Shown here: positions 1-7,628 of the stretch, in pieces
How the letters are laid out: every line of letters starts with the position of its first letter
Position numbering within the stretch: position 1 is the first letter of the stretch
Source of the DNA: Nitrosospira multiformis ATCC 25196
GTDB lineage: Bacteria; Pseudomonadota; Gammaproteobacteria; Burkholderiales; Nitrosomonadaceae
Direction of reading: 5' to 3'
Length of the DNA: 32,000 nucleotides
Assembly: GCF_000196355.1 (NCBI RefSeq)
Contig: NC_007614.1
Location: 810,001 to 842,000, forward strand
The notes under the pieces: generated by a model
What the model saw: only the letters and a program-made list of their open reading frames with translations
What the model was told of the DNA's origin: nothing
Databases searched by the model: none
Translations under genes and position numbers: made by a program

Positions 1-49
1 ACGTGCCGGCTGCGATACTGACCGAAGTTCTGACGGAATGCACGGCTGA
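1..49 (+). CDS. Possible 3' end of an upstream gene, product unknown
   Basis: Frame 2 is open from the window edge to a TGA at 47-49. That TGA overlaps the dgt ATG as TGATG. Only 15 codons are visible, so the product cannot be identified. Confidence 0.2.
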   Translation, partial: RAGCDTDRSSDGMHG

Positions 50-1170
50 TGCATGAGCTGGCGGCCTACGCGGTATCAACTGCCAACTCCCGGGGGCGCC
101 GCATTGCGGAAGAAGCCTCTCCCGGTCGCACGCCTTTTCAGCGCGATCGCGATCGCATCATTCATTCCACCGCTTTTCGCAGGCTTGAGTACAAGACCCA
201 GGTTTTCGTCAATCATGAAGGGGATTTGTTCCGCACACGCCTGACGCACAGTCTCGAAGTGGCCCAGATCGGCCGCTCCGTAGCCCGGAATTTGCGCCTG
301 AATGAGGACCTGGTTGAGGCTATCGCGCTGGCGCATGATCTCGGCCATACCGCCTTCGGTCATGCCGGGCAGGACGCGCTGAACGAGTGCATGAAGGAAT
401 ATGGCGGCTTTGAGCATAATCTCCAATCCCTGCGGGTGGTGGATGTGCTGGAAGAGCACTATGGCGCATTCGACGGGTTGAATCTGTGCTTTGAAACCCG
501 CGAAGGTATTCTCAAGCATTGTTCGAAGAAAAATGCGCTGGAGCTGGGGGACGTTGGTGAGCGCTTCCTCACGAATCGTCGGCCTTCGCTGGAAGCGCAA
601 GTGGCCAATCTCGCTGACGAGATCGCTTACAACAATCACGACGTGGACGACGGCTTGAGATCCGGTCTCGTCACGCAGCAGCAACTTGAGGGAGTCGGCA
701 TATTTGCGCGTCATCTGGCAATGGCCAGACAGCAATACCCGAAAATCTCCGGAAGGCGGCTGGTCCATGAAACCGTGCGGCGCATGATCAATACGCTGGC
801 GGGAGATTTGATCAGACAAAGCGCAGTGAATATCGCGCAGGCCAGCCCGGTCACACTGGACGAAATCCGGGCCGCTCCCCCGCTGATCGGATTCAGCAGG
901 GAAATTGCCCAGGAGCAGCAGGAGCTCAAAAAGTTTCTGCGGGAGCATCTTTACCGCCACTACAAGGTATCGCGCATGAGTGCAAAGGCACGGTACATCA
1001 TCCGCCAGCTCTTTGACGCGTTCAATTCCGATATCCGTTTGTTGCCTCCGGAATTCCAGTCCAGGTATCAGCAGGACAAACATCAGGCTATCGCCGACTA
1101 TATCGCAGGCATGACGGACCGGTATGCCATTCGTGAATACCGGCGTCTCTTCGTTGTTGAGGAAAGCTGA
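49..1170 (+). CDS. dgt: Deoxyguanosinetriphosphate triphosphohydrolase-like protein (HD-domain dNTPase)
   Basis: 373-aa ORF with an ATG start. It has the N-terminal [24 protein letters not shown] motif, the HD-domain signature [10 protein letters not shown]...[12 protein letters not shown], and a C-terminal [11 protein letters not shown] motif typical of the dGTPase family. Confidence 0.9.
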   Translation: MHELAAYAVSTANSRGRRIAEEASPGRTPFQRDRDRIIHSTAFRRLEYKTQVFVNHEGDLFRTRLTHSLEVAQIGRSVARNLRLNEDLVEAIALAHDLGHTAFGHAGQDALNECMKEYGGFEHNLQSLRVVDVLEEHYGAFDGLNLCFETREGILKHCSKKNALELGDVGERFLTNRRPSLEAQVANLADEIAYNNHDVDDGLRSGLVTQQQLEGVGIFARHLAMARQQYPKISGRRLVHETVRRMINTLAGDLIRQSAVNIAQASPVTLDEIRAAPPLIGFSREIAQEQQELKKFLREHLYRHYKVSRMSAKARYIIRQLFDAFNSDIRLLPPEFQSRYQQDKHQAIADYIAGMTDRYAIREYRRLFVVEES

Positions 1171-1375
1171 CAGATCATTCCCATTGCTGATCTTTTCGCG
1201 AATGGCGTGTGCCTCGTTGGCCATTCATGGTAAGATGAAAGGTTGAAGGGAGCCTAACGGTTCCGGGGACTTGGCAGTTCCAAGACATACATTTCCACGG
1301 GTAGCTCTACGGGTAGTTTGAGCATCCGGCTTTTACTGATCGGCTTTACTGATTTTTGCGATTGATTGGGTCTGA

Positions 1376-2473
1376 ATGACAAGATTGAAGAACGATACCC
1401 TGCTCAGGGCCCTGCTGAGGCAACCTACTGAATACACGCCGGTTTGGCTCATGCGGCAGGCAGGACGTTATCTCTCCGAATATAATCAGACGAGGGCTCG
1501 TGCGGGCAATTTTCTCGCGCTCTGCAAGAATCCCGACTTCGCCACCGAAGTTACGATGCAGCCTCTAGCCCGATTTCCTTTGGATGCTGCCATACTGTTT
1601 TCGGATATTCTGACGATTCCTGATGCGATGGGATTGGGATTATATTTTGCGGAAGGAGAGGGTCCCAGGTTCGAGCGCCCCTTGCGCGAAGAGTGGGAGA
1701 TCCGGGCCCTTACCGTCCCGGATCCTGCTGTTCATTTGCGCTATGTCATGGACGCGGTTTCACAGATACGCAAGACTCTGGATAATCGGGTTCCGCTGAT
1801 CGGATTCTCCGGCAGTCCGTTTACGCTTGCCTGCTATATGGTGGAAGGAGCCGGCGGGACTGATTTCCGGCAAATAAAAACCATGCTGTACCGCCGTCCT
1901 GATCTGTTGCATCATATTCTCGATATCAATGCGCAGGCTGTCACCGCTTATCTGAACGCTCAAATCGAGTCCGGCGCGCAGGCAGTAATGATTTTTGATA
2001 CCTGGGGTGGCGCCCTTTCCCATGCCGCTTATCAGCAGTTTTCGCTGCGCTACATGACCCAGGTGCTGGCCGGGTTGAGGCGGTATCAGGGGGCTGAGCG
2101 TATTCCGAGCATTGTTTTCACCAAGGGCGGGGGGCTATGGCTCGAGAGTATCGCGGACAGCGGGTGTGATGCAGTGGGACTGGACTGGACGGTTAATATC
2201 GGAGACGCCCGGCGACGTGTGGGCCACAAAGTGGCCTTGCAGGGCAACCTGGATCCTGCCGTACTATTCGCCGAGCCGGGGGTAATTGCTGCCGAGGTGG
2301 AGCAGATCCTTGCGAGTTTTGGCGAAGGCAGTGGGCACATCTTCAACCTGGGACATGGCATATCGCAGTTTACGCCGCCCGAAAATGCGCTTACGCTGGT
2401 CGAGGCGGTTCACAGCCTCAGCCGCAGATTTCATCGTGCGGATGCAGAGGGAAACAACAGTTTCGGCAGCTAG
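1376..2473 (+). CDS. hemE: Uroporphyrinogen decarboxylase
   Basis: 365-aa ORF. It has the N-terminal [15 protein letters not shown] motif, [20 protein letters not shown], and a C-terminal IFNLGHGI motif, all characteristic of HemE/URO-D. Confidence 0.95.
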   Translation: MTRLKNDTLLRALLRQPTEYTPVWLMRQAGRYLSEYNQTRARAGNFLALCKNPDFATEVTMQPLARFPLDAAILFSDILTIPDAMGLGLYFAEGEGPRFERPLREEWEIRALTVPDPAVHLRYVMDAVSQIRKTLDNRVPLIGFSGSPFTLACYMVEGAGGTDFRQIKTMLYRRPDLLHHILDINAQAVTAYLNAQIESGAQAVMIFDTWGGALSHAAYQQFSLRYMTQVLAGLRRYQGAERIPSIVFTKGGGLWLESIADSGCDAVGLDWTVNIGDARRRVGHKVALQGNLDPAVLFAEPGVIAAEVEQILASFGEGSGHIFNLGHGISQFTPPENALTLVEAVHSLSRRFHRADAEGNNSFGS

Positions 2474-2506
2474 CGGATAAACAGAATTTTTCACCTCGAA
2501 TCTACA

Positions 2507-2522
2507 TGATATTTTGATATTT
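2507..2522. repeat. Perfect tandem 8-mer TGATATTT x2 upstream of the response regulator
   Basis: Read directly: TGATATTT at 2507-2514 and again at 2515-2522, about 30 bp upstream of the regulator start. It could be part of a promoter -10 region. Function is unknown. Confidence 0.4.
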
Positions 2523-2552
2523 CTGCAGGTCTGATTGTTTGGAACTCTTCAC

Positions 2553-3236
2553 GTGCGCATACTTATTATTGAAGATGATCGGGCAATAGCCAGTAATCTG
2601 TACGACTTTCTCGAAGCTCGCGGGCACAGTGTCGATGCCGCCGCTGATGGGATTACAGGGCTGCATCTTGCGGTTACCCAGCAGTTTGATGGCATTTTGC
2701 TGGATCTGGGATTGCCGGGTGCGGATGGTATAACACTATGCCGGAAGCTTCGTCAGGAAGCGCATCTCGATACCCCGGTCCTGATGCTGACAGCGCGCGA
2801 CACGCTGGAAGACAAGCTGAAAGGTTTCGATTGCGGGGCGGATGACTACCTGGTCAAACCCTTCGCCTTGAAAGAAGTTGAAGCGCGGCTGGTTGCCATG
2901 CACAAACGTCGCAAGGGCAAGGTAACCAGTCGAACCCTGGAAACCGAGGATCTTTCCTTCGATCCGAAAACTCTCACAATCCGCTTCGCGGGCGCGAACG
3001 TCAAATTGCCGCCGAAATGCATCGGCTTGCTTGCAGTCATCATGAGCGAGCCTGGCCGCGTTTTCAGTCGCAGGGAGCTCGAATCGGAAGTATGGGGGGA
3101 TGTGCAGGAAACCAGCGATACTCTCCGCAGTCACATGCACGAGCTTCGCCGCGCACTGACGCGCGCTGGGGGCTATGATCCAATCGAAACCGTTCACGGT
3201 CTCGGCTATCGGCTTTCCACGCGTGCCCGTAATTAG
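2553..3236 (+). CDS. OmpR/PhoB-family two-component response regulator
   Basis: The receiver domain shows IIEDD, LDLGLPGADG and LVKPF. The C-terminal winged-helix shows LTIRF...LPPKCIGLLAVIM...VHGLGYRL. The ORF is open from a TTG at 2535. A GTG at 2553 gives the canonical MRILIIEDD N-terminus, so the start is uncertain by 18 nt. Confidence 0.9.
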   Translation: MRILIIEDDRAIASNLYDFLEARGHSVDAAADGITGLHLAVTQQFDGILLDLGLPGADGITLCRKLRQEAHLDTPVLMLTARDTLEDKLKGFDCGADDYLVKPFALKEVEARLVAMHKRRKGKVTSRTLETEDLSFDPKTLTIRFAGANVKLPPKCIGLLAVIMSEPGRVFSRRELESEVWGDVQETSDTLRSHMHELRRALTRAGGYDPIETVHGLGYRLSTRARN

Positions 3237-4491
3237 GCGTGGGCTTCGCCTTCGTGTTGCACTTGCGTTTGCGATATTCTGTATTGTTGTTGTCGGAACG
3301 CTGGGTGTCAGTCTGTATATCGCTTCCGATGACATCGAAGAAGCTCATATCGAGCAGATCATCGAAACCGAGATGGATTATCTGCTCCAGCGCTATCGCG
3401 AGCATGTGGACTTCGTGCCGCAGGAAGGTTCCAATCTCGAAAAATACATCATCCACGATCCCTCCGAAGAATCTCGCCTTCCTTCCTATCTGCAGGGACT
3501 GAGTTATAGGCGGCACAAGGTTTTTCGCGGACCGGAGGAAGTGCGGGTCGCGGTCCATCACGTGGACGGGGTCAAGTTTCTTGTCGCCTATGAAATAGGC
3601 CTGCACGAAGCGCGGCAACGGGAATTGAAACTGCTCATCGTCCTGTCGCTCATTTCCGTCGTGGGTGTCGCTGTCGTGGTGGGATATCTGCTGGCCGGAG
3701 TGCTGGTCAAGCAGGTGACTGATCTCGCCGAGCAGGTGAGGCATCTCGCGCCGGGTGACATTCAGGGGGAAACGCTTACCCAGCCTGGGCAGGATGAGGA
3801 GGTGGCGCAGCTCGCTCGCGCGCTGGATGACTATCAAAGCCGTATAACCCGCATGCTGCGCAGGGAACAGGAGTTTACCGCCAATATAAGCCACGAGCTG
3901 CGCACTCCGATTACAACTATCCTGACAAGCTGTGAACTGCTGGTCGCGGAACCGAATCTGTCGGAAAGAGCGCGCATGCGCATCGGCATGATCGAAAGTG
4001 CCGCAACCCGCATGGGCGAGCAGTTGCAAGCCCTGTTATTTCTTGCGCGCGAGCAGTCGCTCGGGGTAATGGAACCCGTGGATCTGGCCGAGTGTGTCTA
4101 CGATGCGGCAGAATCGATATGCGGGGAGATCTATCGAAAGCATCTTACATTCGAAGTCACGGTGGAACCGAAAGCCATGCTGACGCTGAATCGGCAAGCG
4201 ATTCACACGGCTCTTGTGAATCTGCTGCGCAATGCGGTGCAATATACCAATAGCGGTTTCATACGGGTAAATTTCAAAGGCAATCGTCTTTCCATTTCCG
4301 ATTCCGGTATAGGTATTGAGCCTTCCTATCTGCCCCTCCTGTATGAACGCTTCTTCCGCGGTTCCACCCAGGGTGAAGGTCTGGGCATAGGGCTTGCCAT
4401 CGTAAAGCGCATCTGCGACTACTATGGATGGAGCATAGAAGTCGAAAGCATGCCCGGACAAGGCGCGACCTTCCATATTGTGTTTCCCTGA
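3223..4491 (+). CDS. Sensor histidine kinase (two TM segments, periplasmic loop, HAMP, HisKA, HATPase_c)
   Basis: The H-box is SHELRTPIT, the N-box is LLRNAVQYT, G1 is DSGIGI and G2 is GEGLGIGLAIV. Two hydrophobic segments (LRVALAFAIFCIVVVGTLGVSLYIA and LLIVLSLISVVGVAVVVGYLLAGVLV) flank a loop of about 110 aa. The start is either GTG 3223, a 14-nt overlap with the regulator, or ATG 3175. Confidence 0.9.
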   Translation: MPVIRRGLRLRVALAFAIFCIVVVGTLGVSLYIASDDIEEAHIEQIIETEMDYLLQRYREHVDFVPQEGSNLEKYIIHDPSEESRLPSYLQGLSYRRHKVFRGPEEVRVAVHHVDGVKFLVAYEIGLHEARQRELKLLIVLSLISVVGVAVVVGYLLAGVLVKQVTDLAEQVRHLAPGDIQGETLTQPGQDEEVAQLARALDDYQSRITRMLRREQEFTANISHELRTPITTILTSCELLVAEPNLSERARMRIGMIESAATRMGEQLQALLFLAREQSLGVMEPVDLAECVYDAAESICGEIYRKHLTFEVTVEPKAMLTLNRQAIHTALVNLLRNAVQYTNSGFIRVNFKGNRLSISDSGIGIEPSYLPLLYERFFRGSTQGEGLGIGLAIVKRICDYYGWSIEVESMPGQGATFHIVFP

Positions 4492-4692
4492 CCCTCGTTT
4501 TTCCTGGAGAAAGTCATTTCCCTGCAGGTTTCCCTGACTGCGCCGACATAGCGGAAGCTCTACAGTTGCCGCTATTCGATCTTCTGCAAAATCCGCGCTT
4601 TGCGGACTATTTCCATCAATTTCTCCTTCCTGAAGACGCCACTTCTTAGTGAGCGGATCGCCGGGATGCCTGTCTCATCCTTTAAGGGTGCT

Positions 4693-4739
4693 TGTTTAAA
4701 CTCTGTTTATCGAGGTATTTATCTTCACGAATTCTTCAC
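4693..4739 (+). promoter_or_regulatory. Candidate winged-helix regulator binding region: two pairs of direct repeats with 11-bp periodicity
   Basis: TGTTTA occurs at 4693-4698 and 4704-4709. TCTTCAC occurs at 4722-4728 and 4733-4739. Both pairs are spaced exactly 11 bp start-to-start, one helical turn, which is the geometry used by OmpR/PhoB-type regulators. The function is inferred, not shown. Confidence 0.3.
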
Positions 4740-4762
4740 AGGGCGTGTGTTAATTTGATGGG

Positions 4763-4786
4763 TGAGTAAATACCTGAGTAAATTCC
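4763..4786. repeat. Tandem 12-mer TGAGTAAATACC / TGAGTAAATTCC in the dabA leader
   Basis: Read directly: two adjacent 12-mers with 11/12 identity. They lie between a possible -35 (TTGATG, 4755-4760) and a possible -10 (TAAATT, 4779-4784), about 95 bp upstream of the dabA ATG. Confidence 0.55.
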
Positions 4787-4880
4787 TCTGTTATTTTAAG
4801 TTAATGAATCGAGTTTATTTTAGTTAAAGGGAATCCTATCAACAGGTCAGAAGGCGTCACGAAGAAGAGGAGTAAAAATT

Positions 4881-7628
4881 ATGCCAGCAGCAATAGACAA
4901 AGATGAAAATATTCAGAAAGAGGGAAAGAGGATCGAGTTGGTGAAGGATTCTCCAAAACAGTTTGCAGCTTCCGGTGCCGCCGCGGTAAGCGCACAGCCT
5001 AACTCGGATAAACTGGCGGATGTCAGTCCTCTGCACGCGGAGCGGACTGTAGCCCAAGCGCAGGAAGCCTCCGTTTCTTCCTTCAATGAAGAGGAAGTGA
5101 TCCATGACCTGCAGCACTATCTGCCCTCGCAGGCTCCGCTGAAAGACTTTATTCATCATAATACATTACACGCATTCCAGAACTATCCCTTCCATGAGGG
5201 AACGCGTCGCGCAAAAAAAATATTCGGATATTTTCCCTCTCTTCAACTTCGTGAATATAGAGACCTGTACGAAGCCGGGCGTATCCGCAAGGATATTCTT
5301 GAGCGAGTTATCTCCGAGCAGAAGGGCGCGCAGCATCTGGAGGATTGGATGCAGCGGCTGCTTGAGAAGGAATATGACGATTCCGTTTCCCCACGAATAG
5401 GCAAACTGAGGGCGAACTGGAAGCGCCATTATCCTATTGACCTGGACCTGATGGTTCATCCGCTTCTGTTCAGAATCCTGTGCAGCTACCTCGATCAGGG
5501 AATTTCAATATGGGGTTTCCCCATAGGGCACAAGGGTTTTCTTGCGGCCTTGAAGGAAATGGAAGAAAAAAGCTTTGCCAGTTTCTTCAAGACGAAGAGA
5601 GCTAAAAAGCTTTTGGTGTCTGGAAACTGCAAGATGGCGGATCTGCTGAAGCTCCTGGTGGGGGATGAAACCCTCTATGCGCAGTATCTGTTTGACCAGC
5701 AGTTCGCGCACCCGGGTTGGTCGGGCATGGTAGCTTCCGTCGAGGCCCAGCCTGCCTCTCTCCTGAACCCGAAGAACATTACCGTTCATGACCTGGTTGT
5801 CTTCGAGCTTTTGCTTGAGATTGACGCGCTCGATTCCTATTTCGGAGAAAGTTGGGAGCCCATTGCCCACATTCTGGAAGAGCGGCCGGAACCTTTGTTC
5901 GCCGATGTGCCCGAGACTGAGGTCGATACGGTTTTCTCCCTTTGGCACGATGCTTTTGAGTGGACGTACTATGACCAGGTGTTGACTGGAATCGCTTTGC
6001 AGGACAAGACCTGGGAAAGAAAGATCGAAAACAGAAGTTTCCAGACGTACTTCTGTATCGATGACCGGTTGACATCGTTCCGCCGTTACCTCGAGCAGCT
6101 GGATCCGGATTGCGAAACGTTCACCACCGCCGGATTTTTTAACGTCGAACTGTATTATCAACCCGAGAACGGCAAGTTTTACACGAAATGCTGTCCCGCG
6201 CCGGTTTTCCCCAAATTCCTCGTCAAGGAAATCGGTAACAAGCAGAAGATAAAGAAGGAGGTACATTTTTCCAAGCTCACGCATTCGCTTTTCCAGGGCT
6301 GGTTTATCTCCCAAACGATCGGATTCGTGTCGGCCCTGAGGCTAGCCTTGAATGTGTTCAAGCCGGGCTCGATGCCCGCCGGAGCCTCCTCTTATACCCA
6401 TGTGGACAAGAACGCGACGCTCACCATCGAAAACAAGGACCCGAACGACAAGGAAAACGGTTTGCAGATCGGGTTTACGATTGACGAGATGGTCCAGCGC
6501 GTTCAGGGTGTCCTGACCAGTACGGGCTTAAACGGGGTAGATAAAACCTTTGCTCCCATCGTTTACATGATTGGCCACGGCGCATCCAGCGTAAACAACC
6601 CTCACTATACCGCCTATGACTGTGGCGCATGCGGGGGCCGCCCGGGATCGGTGAATGCCAGGACATTCTGTTACATGGCCAACCATCCCAAGGTAAGGGA
6701 AGCGCTCAAGGAGCGGGGCATCATTATTCCGCCCACTACCCAGTTCCTCCCGGGTCTGCACGACACCACGCGTGACGAAGTCGCCTTCTTCGATGAAGAG
6801 ATTCTCTCCGAGGAAAACGCTGGAAAACACAGGAGGAATACGCTGGTCATCAATGAAGCGCTCGATCTTCACGCGAAGGAGCGGTCCAGAAGGTTGGTAT
6901 CCATTGATACCAAAATGAGTCCCAAGGAGATTCATGAGGAAATTCGGAGGAGATCGGTTTCGTTGTTCGAACCCCGGCCGGAGCTCAATCATGCGACTAA
7001 TGCGGTAAGTATTATCGGCAGACGGAGCATTACGGAAAACCTCTTCCTGGACAGGCGGGCGTCCACGAGCACCTATGACTACCGCACTGATCCTGAAGGT
7101 AAGTTCCTCACCATGTCCATGGGTCCCATTGCGTTGGTTATGGGCGGTATCGACCTCGAGTATTTTTTCTCCCGGACCGACAATCACAAAATGGGTGCCG
7201 GAACGAAACTGCCGCACAACGTCATGGGTCTGATCGGGGTGGCTAACGGCGCGGATGGCGATTTGAGGACAGGGCTTCCCAGCCAGATGATCGAGATCCA
7301 CGATCCGGTCCGTCTCCTGGTCATCATCGAACACTATCCCGATGTGGCATTGAAGGTGATCAAGTCGCAGACGGCAAACTATTCGTTTTATGAAAACTAC
7401 TGGGTGCATTGTTTGGCGCTGCATCCGGACACCGGTGAGCTTTGGCTGTACAAGGACGGTAGTTTCTCGAAGATTTACAAGCCGCTGTTAAACGATCTGG
7501 AAACCGTATCGGATCTGAGCGCACTGATGGAACGGGCTAAGAAAGCGGAATCCATCGAAACCCTGGATGCGGTTCAAGAGAATTTACCTGTCTACTTTAT
7601 CGAGAAGAAGGAGAGAGTGAAAAAATGA
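4881..7628 (+). CDS. dabA: DUF2309/UPF0753 family protein, DabA-like subunit of a DAB inorganic-carbon pump
   Basis: 915-aa ORF with an ATG start and AGGAG 9 nt upstream. It has the family-typical PLKDFIHHNTLH motif and FCIDDR, which gives Cys392 and Asp394. It also has MIGHGASS...YDCGACGG, which gives His566 and Cys581. The spacing (C-x-D, about 172 aa, H-x14-C) matches the beta-carbonic-anhydrase-like zinc site reported for DabA. It is immediately followed by, and overlaps, a NuoL-like gene. Confidence 0.88.
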   Translation: MPAAIDKDENIQKEGKRIELVKDSPKQFAASGAAAVSAQPNSDKLADVSPLHAERTVAQAQEASVSSFNEEEVIHDLQHYLPSQAPLKDFIHHNTLHAFQNYPFHEGTRRAKKIFGYFPSLQLREYRDLYEAGRIRKDILERVISEQKGAQHLEDWMQRLLEKEYDDSVSPRIGKLRANWKRHYPIDLDLMVHPLLFRILCSYLDQGISIWGFPIGHKGFLAALKEMEEKSFASFFKTKRAKKLLVSGNCKMADLLKLLVGDETLYAQYLFDQQFAHPGWSGMVASVEAQPASLLNPKNITVHDLVVFELLLEIDALDSYFGESWEPIAHILEERPEPLFADVPETEVDTVFSLWHDAFEWTYYDQVLTGIALQDKTWERKIENRSFQTYFCIDDRLTSFRRYLEQLDPDCETFTTAGFFNVELYYQPENGKFYTKCCPAPVFPKFLVKEIGNKQKIKKEVHFSKLTHSLFQGWFISQTIGFVSALRLALNVFKPGSMPAGASSYTHVDKNATLTIENKDPNDKENGLQIGFTIDEMVQRVQGVLTSTGLNGVDKTFAPIVYMIGHGASSVNNPHYTAYDCGACGGRPGSVNARTFCYMANHPKVREALKERGIIIPPTTQFLPGLHDTTRDEVAFFDEEILSEENAGKHRRNTLVINEALDLHAKERSRRLVSIDTKMSPKEIHEEIRRRSVSLFEPRPELNHATNAVSIIGRRSITENLFLDRRASTSTYDYRTDPEGKFLTMSMGPIALVMGGIDLEYFFSRTDNHKMGAGTKLPHNVMGLIGVANGADGDLRTGLPSQMIEIHDPVRLLVIIEHYPDVALKVIKSQTANYSFYENYWVHCLALHPDTGELWLYKDGSFSKIYKPLLNDLETVSDLSALMERAKKAESIETLDAVQENLPVYFIEKKERVKK

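Noticed and set aside
49-1170. The dGTPase as a possible anti-phage dNTP-depletion defence gene
   Set aside because: dGTPase homologues can be defence genes. This one, however, sits in a housekeeping context next to hemE, apparently stop-start coupled to an upstream gene. No neighbouring defence or mobile genes are present. It is most simply the housekeeping Dgt-like paralogue.
76-1224. A 382-aa minus-strand ORF antisense to the dGTPase gene. Similar long antisense or overlapping ORFs occur at 3064-4029, 5505-6314, 6528-7424, 10178-10921, 10974-11762, 13872-14462, 14698-15312, 24759-25211 and 27393-28337.
   Set aside because: Each lies entirely inside, and antisense to, a gene with strong family motifs. 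Their translations are low-complexity (Arg/Ser/Pro/Gly-rich) with no recognisable domains. This is the typical shadow-ORF artefact of moderately GC-rich coding DNA.
1271-1285. A TTGGCAG...CCAAG element upstream of hemE that resembles a sigma54 -24 box (TGGCA)
   Set aside because: There is no TTGC -12 element at the required spacing. It is just a 5-bp inverted repeat.
4592-4606. A small hairpin, TCCGC-GCTTT-GCGGA, after the histidine kinase gene
   Set aside because: The stem is only 5 bp, and the T-run sits on the wrong (minus) strand relative to the upstream gene. It is not a credible terminator for the kinase.
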